From: Podarcis liolepis
Lineage: Eukaryota
NCBI GenBank assembly: GCA_965112155.1
Contig: OZ218100.1
Reading direction: 5' to 3' (one strand)
DNA: 64,000 nucleotides
Made by a program: the position numbers and the translations under genes. A model generated the notes under the pieces. That model was not told the origin of the DNA, searched no databases, and worked only from the letters and a program-made list of their open reading frames with translations. This document shows, piece by piece, positions 24,489 through 37,959 of this stretch; positions within the stretch are counted from its first letter, which is position 1, and each line of letters opens with the position of its first letter.

Positions 24489-24871
24489 TGGCGGTTAGGC
24501 ATTGGCTGGGGTTCAATTGTTATGCAAATGGATGGGGGGGAAGGAATGCCATCACCTTCCCCCAGGAAATGGGGTAGTCCGGTACAGGACTCCGAGGGGC
24601 GTTGTCTTGTCCGAAACCTACCTAGGTAAGGGCCCCCGGCACGCCCCAAGCGGTGACACCCGTGGGATCCTAGTTGGCGTACTCCAACGGGGGCCTCCCA
24701 CGGTTAGTGTTAACCCTTCCCGGACATCCTGCCGGGTAGCGGATAGGAGCCAATGCCTAGGGCCAATACCTTCAATTCTCTAATCAATAAAGTTGTGGCC
24801 ATTTCATGCCCATTAAACTTAAACATCGTGTCCTGTGTCTTTCTTTCTGGGGGAGGGGTTTTGACACGCAA
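24489..24871 (+). repeat. Split direct repeat B2 with AATAAA at 24786-24791; element 3' end CACGCAA
   Basis: Copy of B1. Confidence 0.92.
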
Positions 24872-24914
24872 CACTTTTAATGCAGCAAATGGGAAACAAG
24901 AGAATTTCCTTTTC
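24872..24914 (+). repeat. Right copy of 43-bp target-site duplication
   Basis: Identical to 22288-22330; starts immediately after B2. Confidence 0.92.
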
Positions 24915-27900
24915 CAGTGCCAGCTTTTTCCTTGCTGCTATTGCTCTTTAAGAAGAGGCTCCTCTTAAAAGAGCCCTCCTGGATCTAGCTGAGCATTCTG
25001 TTTTCGCAGCAGCAAACCAAATGGCTATAGGAAGCCTGCAAGCAAGTAGGAGCTGAGTGCAACATCATTCTCCCAACTTGTGATTCCCAGGCATCTGGGT
25101 GGGTGGGTGGGTGGGTGAGAGAGAGAGTAAATGTGTCTGATACCCCCTTAAAACTGTCACAATCACAAAAGGACATGGACTAGGACTGAGAGTATATGAA
25201 AATTGTTGGGATGTGAATAAATGCCAATAGAGGATATATATATTAGATATTAGCCTTCCTTCCTCATGTTTGTGAGTTCAGCAGAGTGCCATCCCTTTGC
25301 AACTTAAAAGGAAGCTTATATAGGCTAGTTTTAGCTTTTTATTTTAAGTAATCCAGGATGCTTTAAGGCAGACTGGATTTTCCTGATATTTACCCCTTTT
25401 CTCCTCATTAAAACAACAACAGTAAAATGTAAAAATACCATTTACTCACTCGGACTACCTGTTGAAGAGTAACAGATACAGCAGCTTTGTTCAAGCAGGC
25501 TTAAAATGTTAATTCAGTTACACAGGCATACTTGAGTCTATCTTAAAATGTGGAGCTCAGACATGGCAGATGTTCTCACATTGTTGGCAGAACAGAAAGA
25601 GATGGAAAGAAGAAAGGGGTGTGCCCAGGCAGGTAGGAGAATATATAGCTACACCCTACCCCTGTCAATGCACAGTGGGAACGTCTCTCACAGGGTTCTG
25701 TCTAGCAAGCTTACAGGAAAACTCTGAGCTTCAGCTCCTGTCAGGTGCTTATCTAGCAAAACAGGAACTGTTGGTTTGACTGTGTTTTAAATATCCCACA
25801 AAAGAGAAACAGGGTCAGTTGGCTGCTGTATGCTGGCCTGGTGTTCTCTGTCATCCTAGAGAATTCAATGTTTTAAGGTTCTGCCTCAGTTCCCAAATTG
25901 TCCTTTTAAACCCTGAGATTATGGAGGGATACTGTGTGCGTAGTGTTTATTTTATTTTTCCTCTTTGTTGTTTTCAGTGCAAAGAGTGCCCCAGCGGGTC
26001 AGAAGAAGCACAAAAGTGAATGGTGATGCCTTGGATTACCCTATAGGGAAATTACCGGTAAACGTGTGTTTAGGACACCTGCAAAGTAGGGGCACCAAAA
26101 CAAAATAGAGACATTTCAAAATAGAAGTTGATGTTTGATACTGCTATTTTTTTTTTTTACTCATGTGAAATTGGATACGTCTGGTTTGTGTAATGTAGGA
26201 GATAGGGGAGGAAATCAATTCATTGTTAAATAACAAAAGTATATAAAGTAACAACATAAAAGTAAAACAACAACATAGACAATTGGATACCTTATCTTAA
26301 CCCCTAAACAGTAACCTTAACTTTTTCTGTGTAAAATTTCCTCATGTGCATCAGAAACTGCATGCAAACTTTATTAATGACCTGTTTCTTCAAGATAGTC
26401 AAGCCATTATTCATCTATAATTCTGATACAGTATTCATTAATTAGCTCCCTTAACGTTTAATAAATTTATTACAAGTATTCCGTGGCTGAAAATTCCACT
26501 GGCTGGGCTTTTTTGTCAGTGTGGTTTGATCAGCCATAAGTTATTAACATTTAAATCTGCTAACAGCATAATGTGATTTTGTTTGTGGCAAAATCATTAG
26601 TGCAACTCGATGCAGATCAAAGGCAAGTTTTTCAGTAAAGTGAATACAAATAAAAGAAAATAGAGTTAATATGACTTTCATTAATGTGTTAGTGAGGGTG
26701 ATGATAAGGACAAAATTGAGAGCCGAAGACGGAAGGAATTATTTGCTAGAACAAAAAAGTGAAAAAAAGGCGATAACAATCTATACTCCTGAAAGTGAGA
26801 ACATTTGATAGGACTAAGATAAAATCCTTTGCAAAGCTGCTTGAAGTTTTTGCAAATAATTTGATATAATTTACAACAGCAATTTAAACAATGCAGTCAT
26901 TAACAAAAATTATTTTTGTTAGCTCATTCCTATATGGGTAATAAGAGTCTTCCACATCTTGAGTCTTTAACTGAGTGAGAATTTGGTTCTGCCTCAGTTT
27001 CCCGCAGTCTTTTGCAACCTGGTGCCTTTTAGCTGTTTTGGACTAAAGCCCCAGCCAACAATACCTAGGGTCAGGGATGATGGGAGTTGTAGTCCAACAC
27101 ATTGGGGGGGTAGCAGGTTGGGGGAGCTTGGTTTATCACACTGCAAAATGCTGTTGGACTGGGGCAGGGGGCAGCCTTGCACAACACATGGGGGACTTGG
27201 GCCTGTCCAGCTATTGCTAGACTCCAACTCCCACCAGCCCCAGCCAGCATGGTTCATGGTACTGGTAGTCTAGCAACATCAGAAGGGCCACAGGTTCTCC
27301 ACCCCAAGGATCCAACGGGGCTTGGTGTCTTCTCCAAGGAACAGAACTAGCTAAGTGCAGAAGCTGGACACACAATTGAACATTTGAAAATGCAGCCTTT
27401 TTAATGAATCAAGATCTGAAGGTGTGCAAGCAAAGTCAGATGGTGGGGGCCAGGGAGCAGATTTATTCCATGCACCCAACTACCACATCTCAGATAGTGG
27501 AGGTCCATGGAAGAGGGCTTTATCTCACTGTCGAAGCACCCAAGTAATTTCATATTGGTCCTTTAGACATGAAAATAGGAAGCTGCCTTATACCATTTGC
27601 GGGTAGATGGCAAGCAAACGCTTTCTGTTGTGGGCTACATGTTTAAGATAACACAAGTTCTTACTTTTTTGCCATTTGTTCCACTCCACTATTTTACAGA
27701 AGGAGCACCAGAGCAAAATGGATTACAAATCTGATCACACAAACGGTACTGTGCTTGTATTACTTTGCCACACAAGGGTAACACGGCCCAAGTGGATACC
27801 ACACCTGGTGTCCAGTCTCATCTAATGATGATCATTATTCAAAAAAAATGCATGATTAACTATGACCCAGAAACCTGCAAGCCTGTTGCAACAGAGAAAA

Positions 27901-29884
27901 GGAGGCTAAAAGAAACAGAACATGCATACATGGGAACAAAGCAACACTACAATAAGGAAGCTACTTCAAACAGAGTCAAACAATTGGTCCATTTAGCTCA
28001 GTATTGTCTACAGCTGACTAGTAGTGGCACTGCAGGGTTTCCAACAGGGAACATTTCCTGTCTCATAATCTGACAATCTATATTTTACGTAGACCTAATT
28101 TTCTCCTGCGAAATTTCACTCTAGTCTTATTATGTATGATTCTCAAGGATGGTGAATCTTAAACGCTCCCCGTTTTGTTCAAAATTGATGCTGTAATGAG
28201 TTGTTTACTGCAAAGAGAGCTACCCAGTGCTGGGTTTTGCAGTGTGCCAGCTAAGTGGTATTTCTAGATGGTTCATTGTGTCTTGTACTTTGTTGATTTT
28301 TCTTGTTCAGTGTTCTTGAACTGCTGTTGCTGGAAGTACTTAGCTGAGAGATTCACAGGAAAAAAGCACATAGCATGGGGTGGATGACCTATGAAGTCAG
28401 ACATGAAAGGCTTCTGTTTCAGTCTCTTTTTCTTTCCAATGCTGTTCCACTTGATTCTGAAGGATTAGTAGCTGTGTGACACTACACAGCAGTCATTCTG
28501 CTCCCTAGAGTAGCCAGTTAGATTCATCAATCTCTCCCTCTCCCCTCCTTCACTCGCTCTATTTTTTTAAAGGTTTTTTTTTTTAAAAAAAAGGTTCAGT
28601 CAGCTACATCTGAAGACAAATTCATTATCCAATTTCATTTGCAGCTTGCAGTACTCTGGGAAAAGGTTCACACATTATACAAATATCTGAGACGAGAGGC
28701 TTTTAATTGAATTTGGTGGCTAGTAAAAAGCAGTTATACAACCTTCCCTCCATCATCAATTTACTAAAGAAAAAATGTATAAAAAGAAGCAATGGGGGTC
28801 AAGACTTTCCTGCTACTTGTGCTCACCTGGTTTGTATCTAGAGAAATGAGCACAGTAGGGTGTAATCCACTCCATTATAGTCAGTGAGAACTTTGCTTGG
28901 GCTTCAATGGGATAAGATAGTGCAGCAATGAGCAAACATGGGATGGGAGAGTTAAAGATAGATGATGTCTCTTTTATCATTGGTGAGATTTAAAGGCCGG
29001 CAGCCTGAGAACAGAGATCTCTTTAACAGCAAGGAATGATCAGAATGGACAACAGAAATGTGATGAACTATCCTCACCAACTAGATGAAGCATAGCTTAG
29101 CAGAGCTGATTCTTGAGACAAAATGCGATTCAGATCTAATCACAATTCAGTCTTCAAAACTACAAGTTACAGTACTAATTTCAATTCTATTGTGATCGTA
29201 CTTGGCTTATGAATAGGGCAACAATCTCCACCAGTGTCCTAAAACCACATCTGGATCTCAGAACTAAGGAACTTAGTTTATTAGATAAAGGGATCTGGTA
29301 GTCAACCTATGCTGACCTGTTATGTGAGCTGGCTGGGGCTGATGGGAGTTGTAGTTCAAAACATCTGGAGAGCACCAGGTTGGCATATGCTGTAGTAGGT
29401 GGTGATGGGAAGGACCTCTGACAAAGATATTGGGGAGCCTTGGAAGAAGGTCTCTTCCTATGCTGTCATGTTAAATAGCATGTCCGAAGGGGTTTTGAAA
29501 ATTCCTCATTATGGAATTGAGGTAGAATCTTTTGCAGTCAAAGATTCCTATGTCATTCTGAGCTAAGGAAATCCCTACATGTCTCTTTAAGAACTCCAGA
29601 GAATCTTTTTCCCATTATATCAAAGCAAGCAAAACATATAGACTTTGTGCTAAATACACAAGGAGTTCCTTACAGGCAGGAAAGGTGAAGCTCTCCTCAG
29701 CTTTACAGCTTCTAAGCTACTTAGCAAGGTGTTAAGTGGTGAGATCTGCACACGCTGTCTTGGATCTGGCCAGCCTATCTCATGGGATGCTTTGCCCTTA
29801 TCTGTCAGTTGAGACCCAAACATCAAATGGAGGTTCTTCATTATCTCTCAAGAACCTTTGAAGGCAGGAACCCATGTGTAATGC

Positions 29885-30200
29885 CTCGTAACATTACCTG
29901 GATGCAGTGCTGAGATGGATGAGAGAAAATAATCTAAAGTCCAATCCTGGCAAGATAGGGGCATCATGGGTAAGTTGTTTCTGCGTCTGAGAAATTAGTC
30001 AGTTGCCTGCTCTGGATGAGGTTGCACTCCCCCTGAAGGAGCAGGCACACAGTCTGAGAGTGCTTCTGGGTCCAGCTTTGCCACTGGTAGCTAGTACCAC
30101 GGACCAGGAGAGCTTGACCACAGTAGTTCAGGCATTTGTAGCCTCAAGGTTGGATTGCTACAACGCAGTCTATGTGAGGCTTCCTTTTTGATTGATCTAG
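29885..30200 (+). mobile_element. Degenerate L2 LINE ORF2 fragment
   Basis: Translates to LDEVALPLKEQAHSLRVLL...VVQAFVASRLDCYNAVYVRLP, a typical L2 RT C-terminal region. Confidence 0.75.
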
Positions 30201-30429
30201 AAACCGTAGTTAGTACAGAATGCTCCTCACCAGAGAGGAATTCTGTAGTAACATCAGAGAGTAAATGGCAGGCCAATCCAGAGCAGCTTCTCCCATCCTG
30301 GGACCGCCAGAAGGTGCTGGACTACAACTCCCATCATCCTTGACCTTTTGGCTATGTTGGCTGGGGCTGATGGGAGTCTAGCATCTTAGGGAAGGCTGAT
30401 CTAGATATAATTAAATGAAGAAGAAGTTT

Positions 30430-30965
30430 CTATACCGCCCTTCATCTGAGCCTCACAGGGTGCTTTACAGTATAAAAGCACAAAATACATACCACAATAA
30501 GAAACAAAACCATCTCCCTCTCCTTTCCTCCCCACCCCCCTCTCTCTCTCACACACACATTTTAAAAGGCCACTGCTTGTTTAGGTAGCCAAAGGCCTAG
30601 GCAGTGCTTTTTTTCTGGGGGGATGCAGAGGTATGCATACCCCTAAACATTTTGTGAATCTTTGTACCAGTACTTTTGTCCATTTACTGTATTTATTTTC
30701 CCCAATTTGAACTATAAAATGGTGGCTTTCTTGAGTCAAAATGATATTACCCCTAAACATTTTTTTTAGGGGGAATAAAAGTACTGGGCCTAGTAGAAGA
30801 GGAATGTTTTTGCCTGGCACCAAAGATACGTAATGAAGGCACCAGGTGAGCCTCTCTGAGGAGAGTGTTCCACAAGTGGGAAAAAGGCCCGTTCTTGTGT
30901 TGACTCTCCAGATGGAGAAAGGCCTCAGATGATGATTGAAAGATCCAGGTTGGTTCCTATGGGGA
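30430..30965 (-). mobile_element. Degenerate L2 3' fragment interrupted by a MITE
   Basis: Similar to L2 3' end at 37073-37560 (cattttaaaagg, gagagtgttccaca, aaggcccgttct). Confidence 0.6.
30602..30786. mobile_element. hAT-type MITE
   Basis: TIRs cagtgctttt/aaaagtactg; TSD ggcctagg/ggcctagt (7 of 8). Confidence 0.8.
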
Positions 30966-32924
30966 GATGTGGACCTTGCTAACAGTGTATCTGGAGATAC
31001 CAGGCACGTACACCATATGTGGAACAACTGCATGGCAGCTTGCAAACTTATAAAACTTAGGTCTTCTATGCAGTCTCTTCGCAGCAGCACTGTTTCTAGA
31101 GGGGTCAGTGCAGCAGTACGAAGATGCAATCCAAGAGCTGTGCTCATTTGTTCCATGACCTTGCCAGGGATCTTAATGCGTACTCTTATATCATGTGCTG
31201 CAGCAAGATGTCTTAGTCCAGCTCTGAAGTTTTCTCAAGTCACATATAGGGCAGTTCAAAACTGGGATAGAAAGGTTGTGTTTCTCTGGCTGCTCTTTCT
31301 GTGTAGGAATATGTGTGAAGAGAGAATGAAAAGGACCTAGTAAATGGGAGTATAGCCTCAAGGGTTCATATGCCCTTGGTGGAAACAGTTCCAAAAGCTT
31401 AAAATCACCTCAACAATTTGGGCGGTTTCGTTAATGGCAACCCTATGGTATTTGGAGTAGTACACTGGGAAATATATAGTATTTGAAGACTAAATAAGTG
31501 TACTGAATCAATTGTTTGAGATTGTTTGTAAATCCTTTCATACTTTCCATGAGTTACATTTTAATTAGGAAGCATTATTCTATATAAAGAGTTCAACACA
31601 CTTTAATGACTTACATTTCTTCGGAAAAGAGTCTTATGCAATTAGTTACCATTTCCTTTGTACTACACCCACATTATTTTACATAATTTTTAATAGCTAT
31701 ATAGATTTCATAGATCATATTTAATAGGAAGATGTTCTAAAAATTGAGAAAGCTAATTACTTGTAGGTTAATAATTGACTTGCTTAAATTTAACTATCTT
31801 TCCGGGCTTGCCTGTGATTAAAATCATTTTGTTAATTTCTATTTTCAGTAAAAAAAAATCAGTTGCTAATGAATTCAAATGAATAGCAGCTACTTTCGAG
31901 ATTTAACATGAAAGCTAAAATTGTAGGAATACTGTTAGCTCATCGTGTCCTTTATAAAATAGTAGCACTGTTTATCTACATAACTGAGCTTGCCATCTGA
32001 TATTACAAACTACCAAGAGCTATTTATGCACTTCTGTTTATTATTTTCATTCAATAACCTCTCACCAGGGGAAAAACCTGTTGTTTCTGGCTGACCTAAG
32101 AAAAAGTCTAAATTAGCCAGAGGAGGTAAAGTTTATGGATAATACAGATCTTCTTAATTTTCTTCCATTTCTGCTTTTTGTGTTTTCCACCATGTTGCCC
32201 TGGCCGGGAATTAGTAATGAGATAGACATTTGTTCAGTTCCCCAATTCATGCTTCTCAACTAATATGAACAAATGTTTGTTTATTCAATCAATCTTTCAA
32301 TCAACCTATCAATATGCAAACAAAAATCCTGCTATCCTTTGAAATTTGCAGTTTTCTGAATTTTGGAAGTCAGTTCACAACCAAAAAAGGCATTATATAT
32401 TCAGGGAAAGTATGCACAAAAGAATAAAAATAATGACCATGAATGCATAATATTACAGGAAATATCTTGTAAAAATGTGTATTTAAGGTAAAATTGCATT
32501 TCATGAAATGCACGTGAAAATGATTTTGTAAATGATCATCATCTGATGTGGAAATGGGGAATAATGAAATGATAAAAAGTAAAATGGAAATATGCATCTA
32601 ACCCTACTTGGAACAATCTTCATTCACAACTACCCTACTCTTCTCTTAAACCCATCATTTATTGGAACTAAGTGCACATTAAATTCAGCAGTGATGCCCA
32701 GTTTGGATCCATTCTGAATCCATCTGCAGTGTTATGAAAAATGTCTAAAAGCCTCAAGCAGCATCTTGCTTCTTCACAGTGCCAGTGACTCCAACATCCC
32801 AATGTCAAATAATTTCATTGAGAGGGTAGTTGACAAAATATTCAGCAAAGATTTTAGTTGTGAACTCTGGATTTTGAGACTGAAACTTGATTCTAATTTA
32901 GAAAGGAATTTGCCATTAAAATGT

Positions 32925-33100
32925 GATTGTGATGTGTTGGACTAGAACCTGGTAGGTCAGGGTTCAAATCCCCACTCAGCCATGAAGCTCACTGGGTGAT
33001 CTTGAGCATCCACTGTCTCATTGCCTAACCTACCTCACAGGGTTGTTGTGGAAAGGCACACAACAGTGAGATTCTTAGAAGAGAGAATAGAAATGTAATA
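32925..33100 (+). mobile_element. MIR/CORE-like squamate SINE fragment
   Basis: gtgttggactag...ggttcaaatccccactcagccatgaagctcactgggtgatcttg...cctaacctacctcacagggttgttgtg. Confidence 0.7.
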
Positions 33101-35417
33101 ATAACTATTAAAACCATTACTAAGCTATATTACAGTTGCCACATACAGATTGTTCCTTCATGTCTGCTGTCAGATACAGGGTTGTATTTTAGTTTTTTTT
33201 AACAAGAACCCGCAGAGTGCAGACTACAAAAGAAGACACTGGAATCCTAGACATGCTGTGCTGCCTCTAACACATATGATGGAACTAGAACTCTGTCTGG
33301 GGCACCAAGTACGGATGTTTTCAACTGATGTTTCAGTGCCTGCTAATGATGCTTATCCCATGGCCAAAGTGATTAGCCCACCCTGGAAAATCCATAGTCA
33401 CATTTTCAGCTGTGACTATGTAATTAAGAAGGAAGAAAAATATTTGATAAGAGTTGAATGGTGGAGACAGAAGGAAAATGTCTTCCTGACAATATTTTCT
33501 TTATCGTAGCGGACTTTGTCATTTCTGGGCACCATGCCTACAAGTTCATATATCTGCTTTCCTTCTGAATATATTTGAAATTGATACCACCAGCGATGCA
33601 TTATTGCCTTGATTGATCTTCATTCAATTTGGGAAGAAGCTCAAGTATTACCAAATGATTTCACACTGATGGTTCTGCTTGCATCACTTTTGTGGAGGTC
33701 ATCTCCTCTCTGTTCCCATGAATGGCAAATGATTTCAAGTGGCCACAGAAAGCACTTGTCGAATGATTGAAATATTTGCATCCTGTGCATAATACCACCA
33801 AACAGGAGATGAACTTTGCAATACCTATAAATGGCTGAGAAGTCTCAGGCTGAAATGAAAGCCTGCTGGATATTTATTGCTGCACTGACTTCCGTGTGAT
33901 TCTTGCTGAAAATACTTACAGGAAGCATGATGTGTCGTCAACCGTTGATGACAATTTTATTTCACTGTTGATTATGTATAATTTGTGAACACAATATGGT
34001 GCGTTCTTTTGTGTTCAGGGGTGCCAAACAGGATTTTTTGGGCCCAGTATGTTGTGTGTGGATTGCTGCACTCTGCTGCACTTGCAAAAGAAGACACACA
34101 TTTACATAACATTTGCATACACTTTACATCATATGCAAATGTTTCCCCTCTTTTGCAGATGGGATTTATCCAAAAATAAATCAGGGCTCACACACAAGTA
34201 ATAAGATGCCCAACAGGCAGAATATCAAGAGTTGAAGCTTTCCCCATAATTGCATACTAGCAATGCCTACCACATCACTGTTAAAGGCATGCAAGTCTTG
34301 GTCTCCTGCAATGCCAACCCTCACCCATGCATAGAACCCAAGTTTCACGAGCTGTAAATCAGTTATGATACCACAGCTCTTTCATCTGCTGGTCTTACGT
34401 TGCCAATACTACATTCAATGCAAGACCAGGCATTTTAGGTGGAGGGAGTAAACTGTAATTCAATCCTGTTCAGATGCTCATGAGCTATTTCAATATTCAC
34501 ACTTACTTCCTATTATTTATTTACTTCACCATTTTTATACTACCTTTCATATGATATCACAAGGCAGTACCAGCATGGTACGATCTATCACTCATGAGGC
34601 AGACTGAGGCAGCCAACATGGGCAGGGGGCACTCCTCCTGCCCTTGCTGACACACCAGAAGTGAAAAATGGCAGCACTGGCTTCAGCAAGATCTTATGGA
34701 ATGGTCACGAAATCTCACTGGAAGGCTTTGGTGGCTGGGAGGGGGAGCGGGCGGGCAGGGAATGGCACCTTCCCATTTTGCCTCAGGTAGTGAAATGCTG
34801 TGGGCTCCCTCTGAGTACCAGAAAAAGCCTAGGTACAAAAATAAAAATTACACTAGAACAGCAATAATATGAATGTTGGGATTACGCTCCTCCCGCACTG
34901 CAGATGTGTGGGATTATTGCATGTCACTTGTCTGTTTACATTCCAGCACAGATTGCTGGAGTCCTGTGAGCAGAACATCCGCTCTGTATTGCTTTTGTTT
35001 TCTCTCTCACCGAGAAGAATGACAACGAGAGAGGCCATGTTTTTCTTTGTCCTGATTTATGTATAATAAATGTGTAGTTTAGTATAGTATCCATGCCTCG
35101 AGCCTGATCTGTTGTGCAGTTTACACTGCTGAGGAAATGTGTGCTCCTGCTAAATAGCTGGAGTTGCAGATACAAGTCAGAGGAGGATGACTGATGGATC
35201 TCTGCAGCAGCAAGGCTGAGAAGGGAGATGCTCTGGCTGGGGCCAAGCCAGCTGGTTTCCATCCCTGGTTCCGACAACGAGTACCTGTCTGAGATCAAGA
35301 GGGAGGTGATTCCACAGTGAGGGTGCCACCACAAAAGACCATTTTTTCCTGGTTGCTACTAAATGCATCTCCCCAAAATTCAGCACTGCCAGGAGGGCTT
35401 TATTGAACAATCAAGTG

Positions 35418-35797
35418 GGACAAGGGTGGCGCTGTGGTCTAAACCACTGAGCCTCTTGGGCTTGGTAATCGGAAGGTTGGTGGTTCGAATCCCTGCAATG
35501 GGGTGAGCTCCCATTGCTCTGTCCCAGCTCCTGCCAGCCTAGGATTTTGAAAGCACGTTAAAGTGCAAGCAGATAAATAGGTACAGATGTGTCGGGAAGG
35601 TAAACAGCCTTTCCGTGTGCACGCGTCACGGTCCTCCATGCCCCAGTAGCGGTTTAGTCATGCTGGCCACATGACCCAGAAACCTGTCTGTGGGCAAACA
35701 CCAGCTCCCTCGGCCTGAAAGCGAGATGAACACCACAACCCCATAACCACCTTTGACTGCACTTCACTGTCCAGGGCTCCTTTACCTTTTTTTTACC
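35418..35797 (+). mobile_element. Sauria SINE
   Basis: gggtggcgctgtggtctaaaccac head, gtgcaagcagataaataggtac body, cctttaccttt tail. Confidence 0.85.
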
Positions 35798-35818
35798 TAT
35801 TGAACAATCAAAGCCAGC

Positions 35819-35863
<45 letters not shown>
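35819..35863. repeat. (CA)n microsatellite
   Basis: Direct reading. Confidence 0.95.
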
Positions 35864-35866
<3 letters not shown>

Positions 35867-37072
35867 GTACCTATTCATGTTTAGCCTGCCATAGTTCTTT
35901 CTTCTTCTTCTTCTTCTTTATTTTGCCTTCGCTCTGGCCAAATCTGATGCACAGATGGGAACACAGCATGACCTTTTCTCATACTTTCTCTAGGCTGGTG
36001 ATATTTAACCTGTACGTGAATGGAAGATTCCGGGAACAGCAGTTTAATAACATTGGCCGGCCTCGTTCTTTTGAAGAGAACGCTTAAATCCTGTTTTCTA
36101 CGTCTGTAGTGTAGCGGTGGTGGAATGTGAACTCCTCTTACATAAGGAACTCCTCCAAACTATTTTTAAATGCTGTTTGGACTTTTGGGGAAAGCTGCTT
36201 GCATCCTACAACGCCAACACTGGGCTTAAAACAAATGTAGAGAGAGAGAGGGAACAAAAATCCAGCTTTGGAACACTTTGATCTATAAAGGAATCCAGAA
36301 ATTTACTTACATAGTCAAGAATGTGACTGGCTTGACTTTTGTATTATGTTACACATCATGGTTTAGGCATCTTGTTTGCCTTACAAGGTTTTACAGGCAA
36401 CATCGGGGATGTTGTCCTGCGCTGCTGTAGTAACTATGAGTGCAGCTAAACAGCTGATTTAATGAGGTAGGAATTTAGCACAATGCTGTATTCAAAGAAT
36501 TCAGGCACCAAAGGCCAGTTGTCAGCAGTATTTCCCTCTGGCTGTATATCCACAAGCAAAACAACTTTCCATATTATCTTAACCCAAATGTCAATTACAT
36601 TATGGTTGCAAATTATACATTCCCAGATTCATCGACTTTCCCTCCTTTTTATGGCATACTTAGAGAAATTATCTTCACATCCATAAATGCATGCTGTAAA
36701 TAATCTCCTGGAAACATTAAGTGATAAAAAATAATAATAATAAAAAATAAATGCTATGAAGCAATTGCAAGTGGATAGCAAAATCTCGGTAGAAATAAAG
36801 TGGCATTATTTCCTAAAATATTTCCTGCTATCCAATATAAGCAGTTTCCCAGCATATGATTGCACCAGTTTCTCTGCTGTCCATGCGGTAAATGTCTCTG
36901 AGAGCATTAAAGCTATTGGTTGGTTGCTGCACCACTGGAGCAGCAGTCGCTGCATCGTGAGTAAGCAAAAGGGGTCTAGGGCAAGAATGAAGAGCAAGGC
37001 TTTCAAGGTGGAATTTCACCTGGGGCAATCAGTGGCTGGCCTCAGTAGACAATCTTCACAATGTTGTTTGTT

Positions 37073-37560
37073 TATTATTTATTTATTGGATTTATATACT
37101 GCCCTGTACCCAGAGGCCTCAGGGCAGTTCACAGAAAAGATCACAATGTATAAAATAAAGATAAGTACTAAAAACAATAACCCAATAACACCCCTCCCCC
37201 CCCCAAGTCACATTTTAAAAGGGTATAGGATGTCAATCAGGTCAACCAAAGGCCTGGTTAAAAAGGGGTGTTTTTGCCCAGTGCTTAAAGGTGTATAATG
37301 AAGGTGTCAGGCGAACTTCCCTGGGGAGAGCATTCCACAGACAGGGAGCCACTGCAGAGAAGGCCCGTTCTCGTGTTACCACCTTCTGGACCTCTCAAGG
37401 AGGAGCCACACGAAAAAGGGCCTCAGAAGATCATCTCATGGTCCAGGTAGGTTCATATGGAAAGAGGTGGTCCTTGAGGTACTGCGGTCCTGAGCCGTTT
37501 AAGGCTTTATAGGTCAAAACCAGCACTTTGAATTGGGCCCGGAAACCAATTGGTAGCCAG
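37073..37560 (-). mobile_element. L2 LINE 3' fragment
   Basis: Minus strand encodes WLPIGFRAQFKVLVLTYKALNGSGPQYLKDH; AT-rich tail at left. Confidence 0.85.
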
Positions 37561-37823
37561 ATATGAAAAACTCAATTCATTGCAACCACATTTCAGTGCC
37601 ATTTTCATCAGGCCAACGGCCCATCTAGTCTGTTCTCACAGTGGCCAACCAGGCACCTATGAGAAGCCCACATGCGGGGCCTGAGCACAGCAGCACTCTT
37701 CCCATTTGTGACTCTCTGCAAGCGACCTTCAGAGACTTATTGCCCCAAACAGTGAAGGCAGGACTTAGCCACTGTGACTAGCAGAGAAGTGATCCTATTA
37801 CTACAGATTCCCAAAGCTTATTT

Positions 37824-37959
37824 CAGGTTTCCTCAACCTCAGCCCTCCAGTTGTTTTGAGACTACAATTCCCACCATCCCTGACCCCTGGTCCTGCTAGC
37901 TAGGGATCATGGGAGTTGTAGGCCAAAAACATCTGGAGGGCCGAGGCTGAGGAAGCCTG
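37824..37959. mobile_element. Palindromic hAT-type MITE
   Basis: TIRs caggtttcctca/tgaggaagcctg; 8-bp TSD gcttattt (37816-37823, 37960-37967). Confidence 0.88.

Larger units (their letters stand above)
22331..24871 (+). mobile_element. 5'-truncated Ngaro-like YR retrotransposon (YR, SGNH hydrolase, B1-A2-spacer-B2)
   Basis: YR and SGNH ORFs followed by split direct repeats; B1 and B2 appear identical; CpG-rich, so probably young. Confidence 0.92.

Noticed and set aside
23727-24783. Duplicated 93-aa ORFs and their antisense 81/92-aa ORFs
   Set aside because: By-products of the identical B1/B2 repeats; not conserved in the other family's B region
24943-24974. Palindrome gctcttt...aagagg-ct-cctctt...aaagagc near the right target duplication
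   Set aside because: Single short instance with no evidence linking it to the insertion
30581-31340. 191-aa and 134-aa ORFs
   Set aside because: They run across L2 and MITE fragments and show no recognisable domain
33416-33830. Possible ancient RTE-like RT relic (RTIS and DKVRYD-like words on the minus strand)
   Set aside because: Too degenerate to support without a profile search
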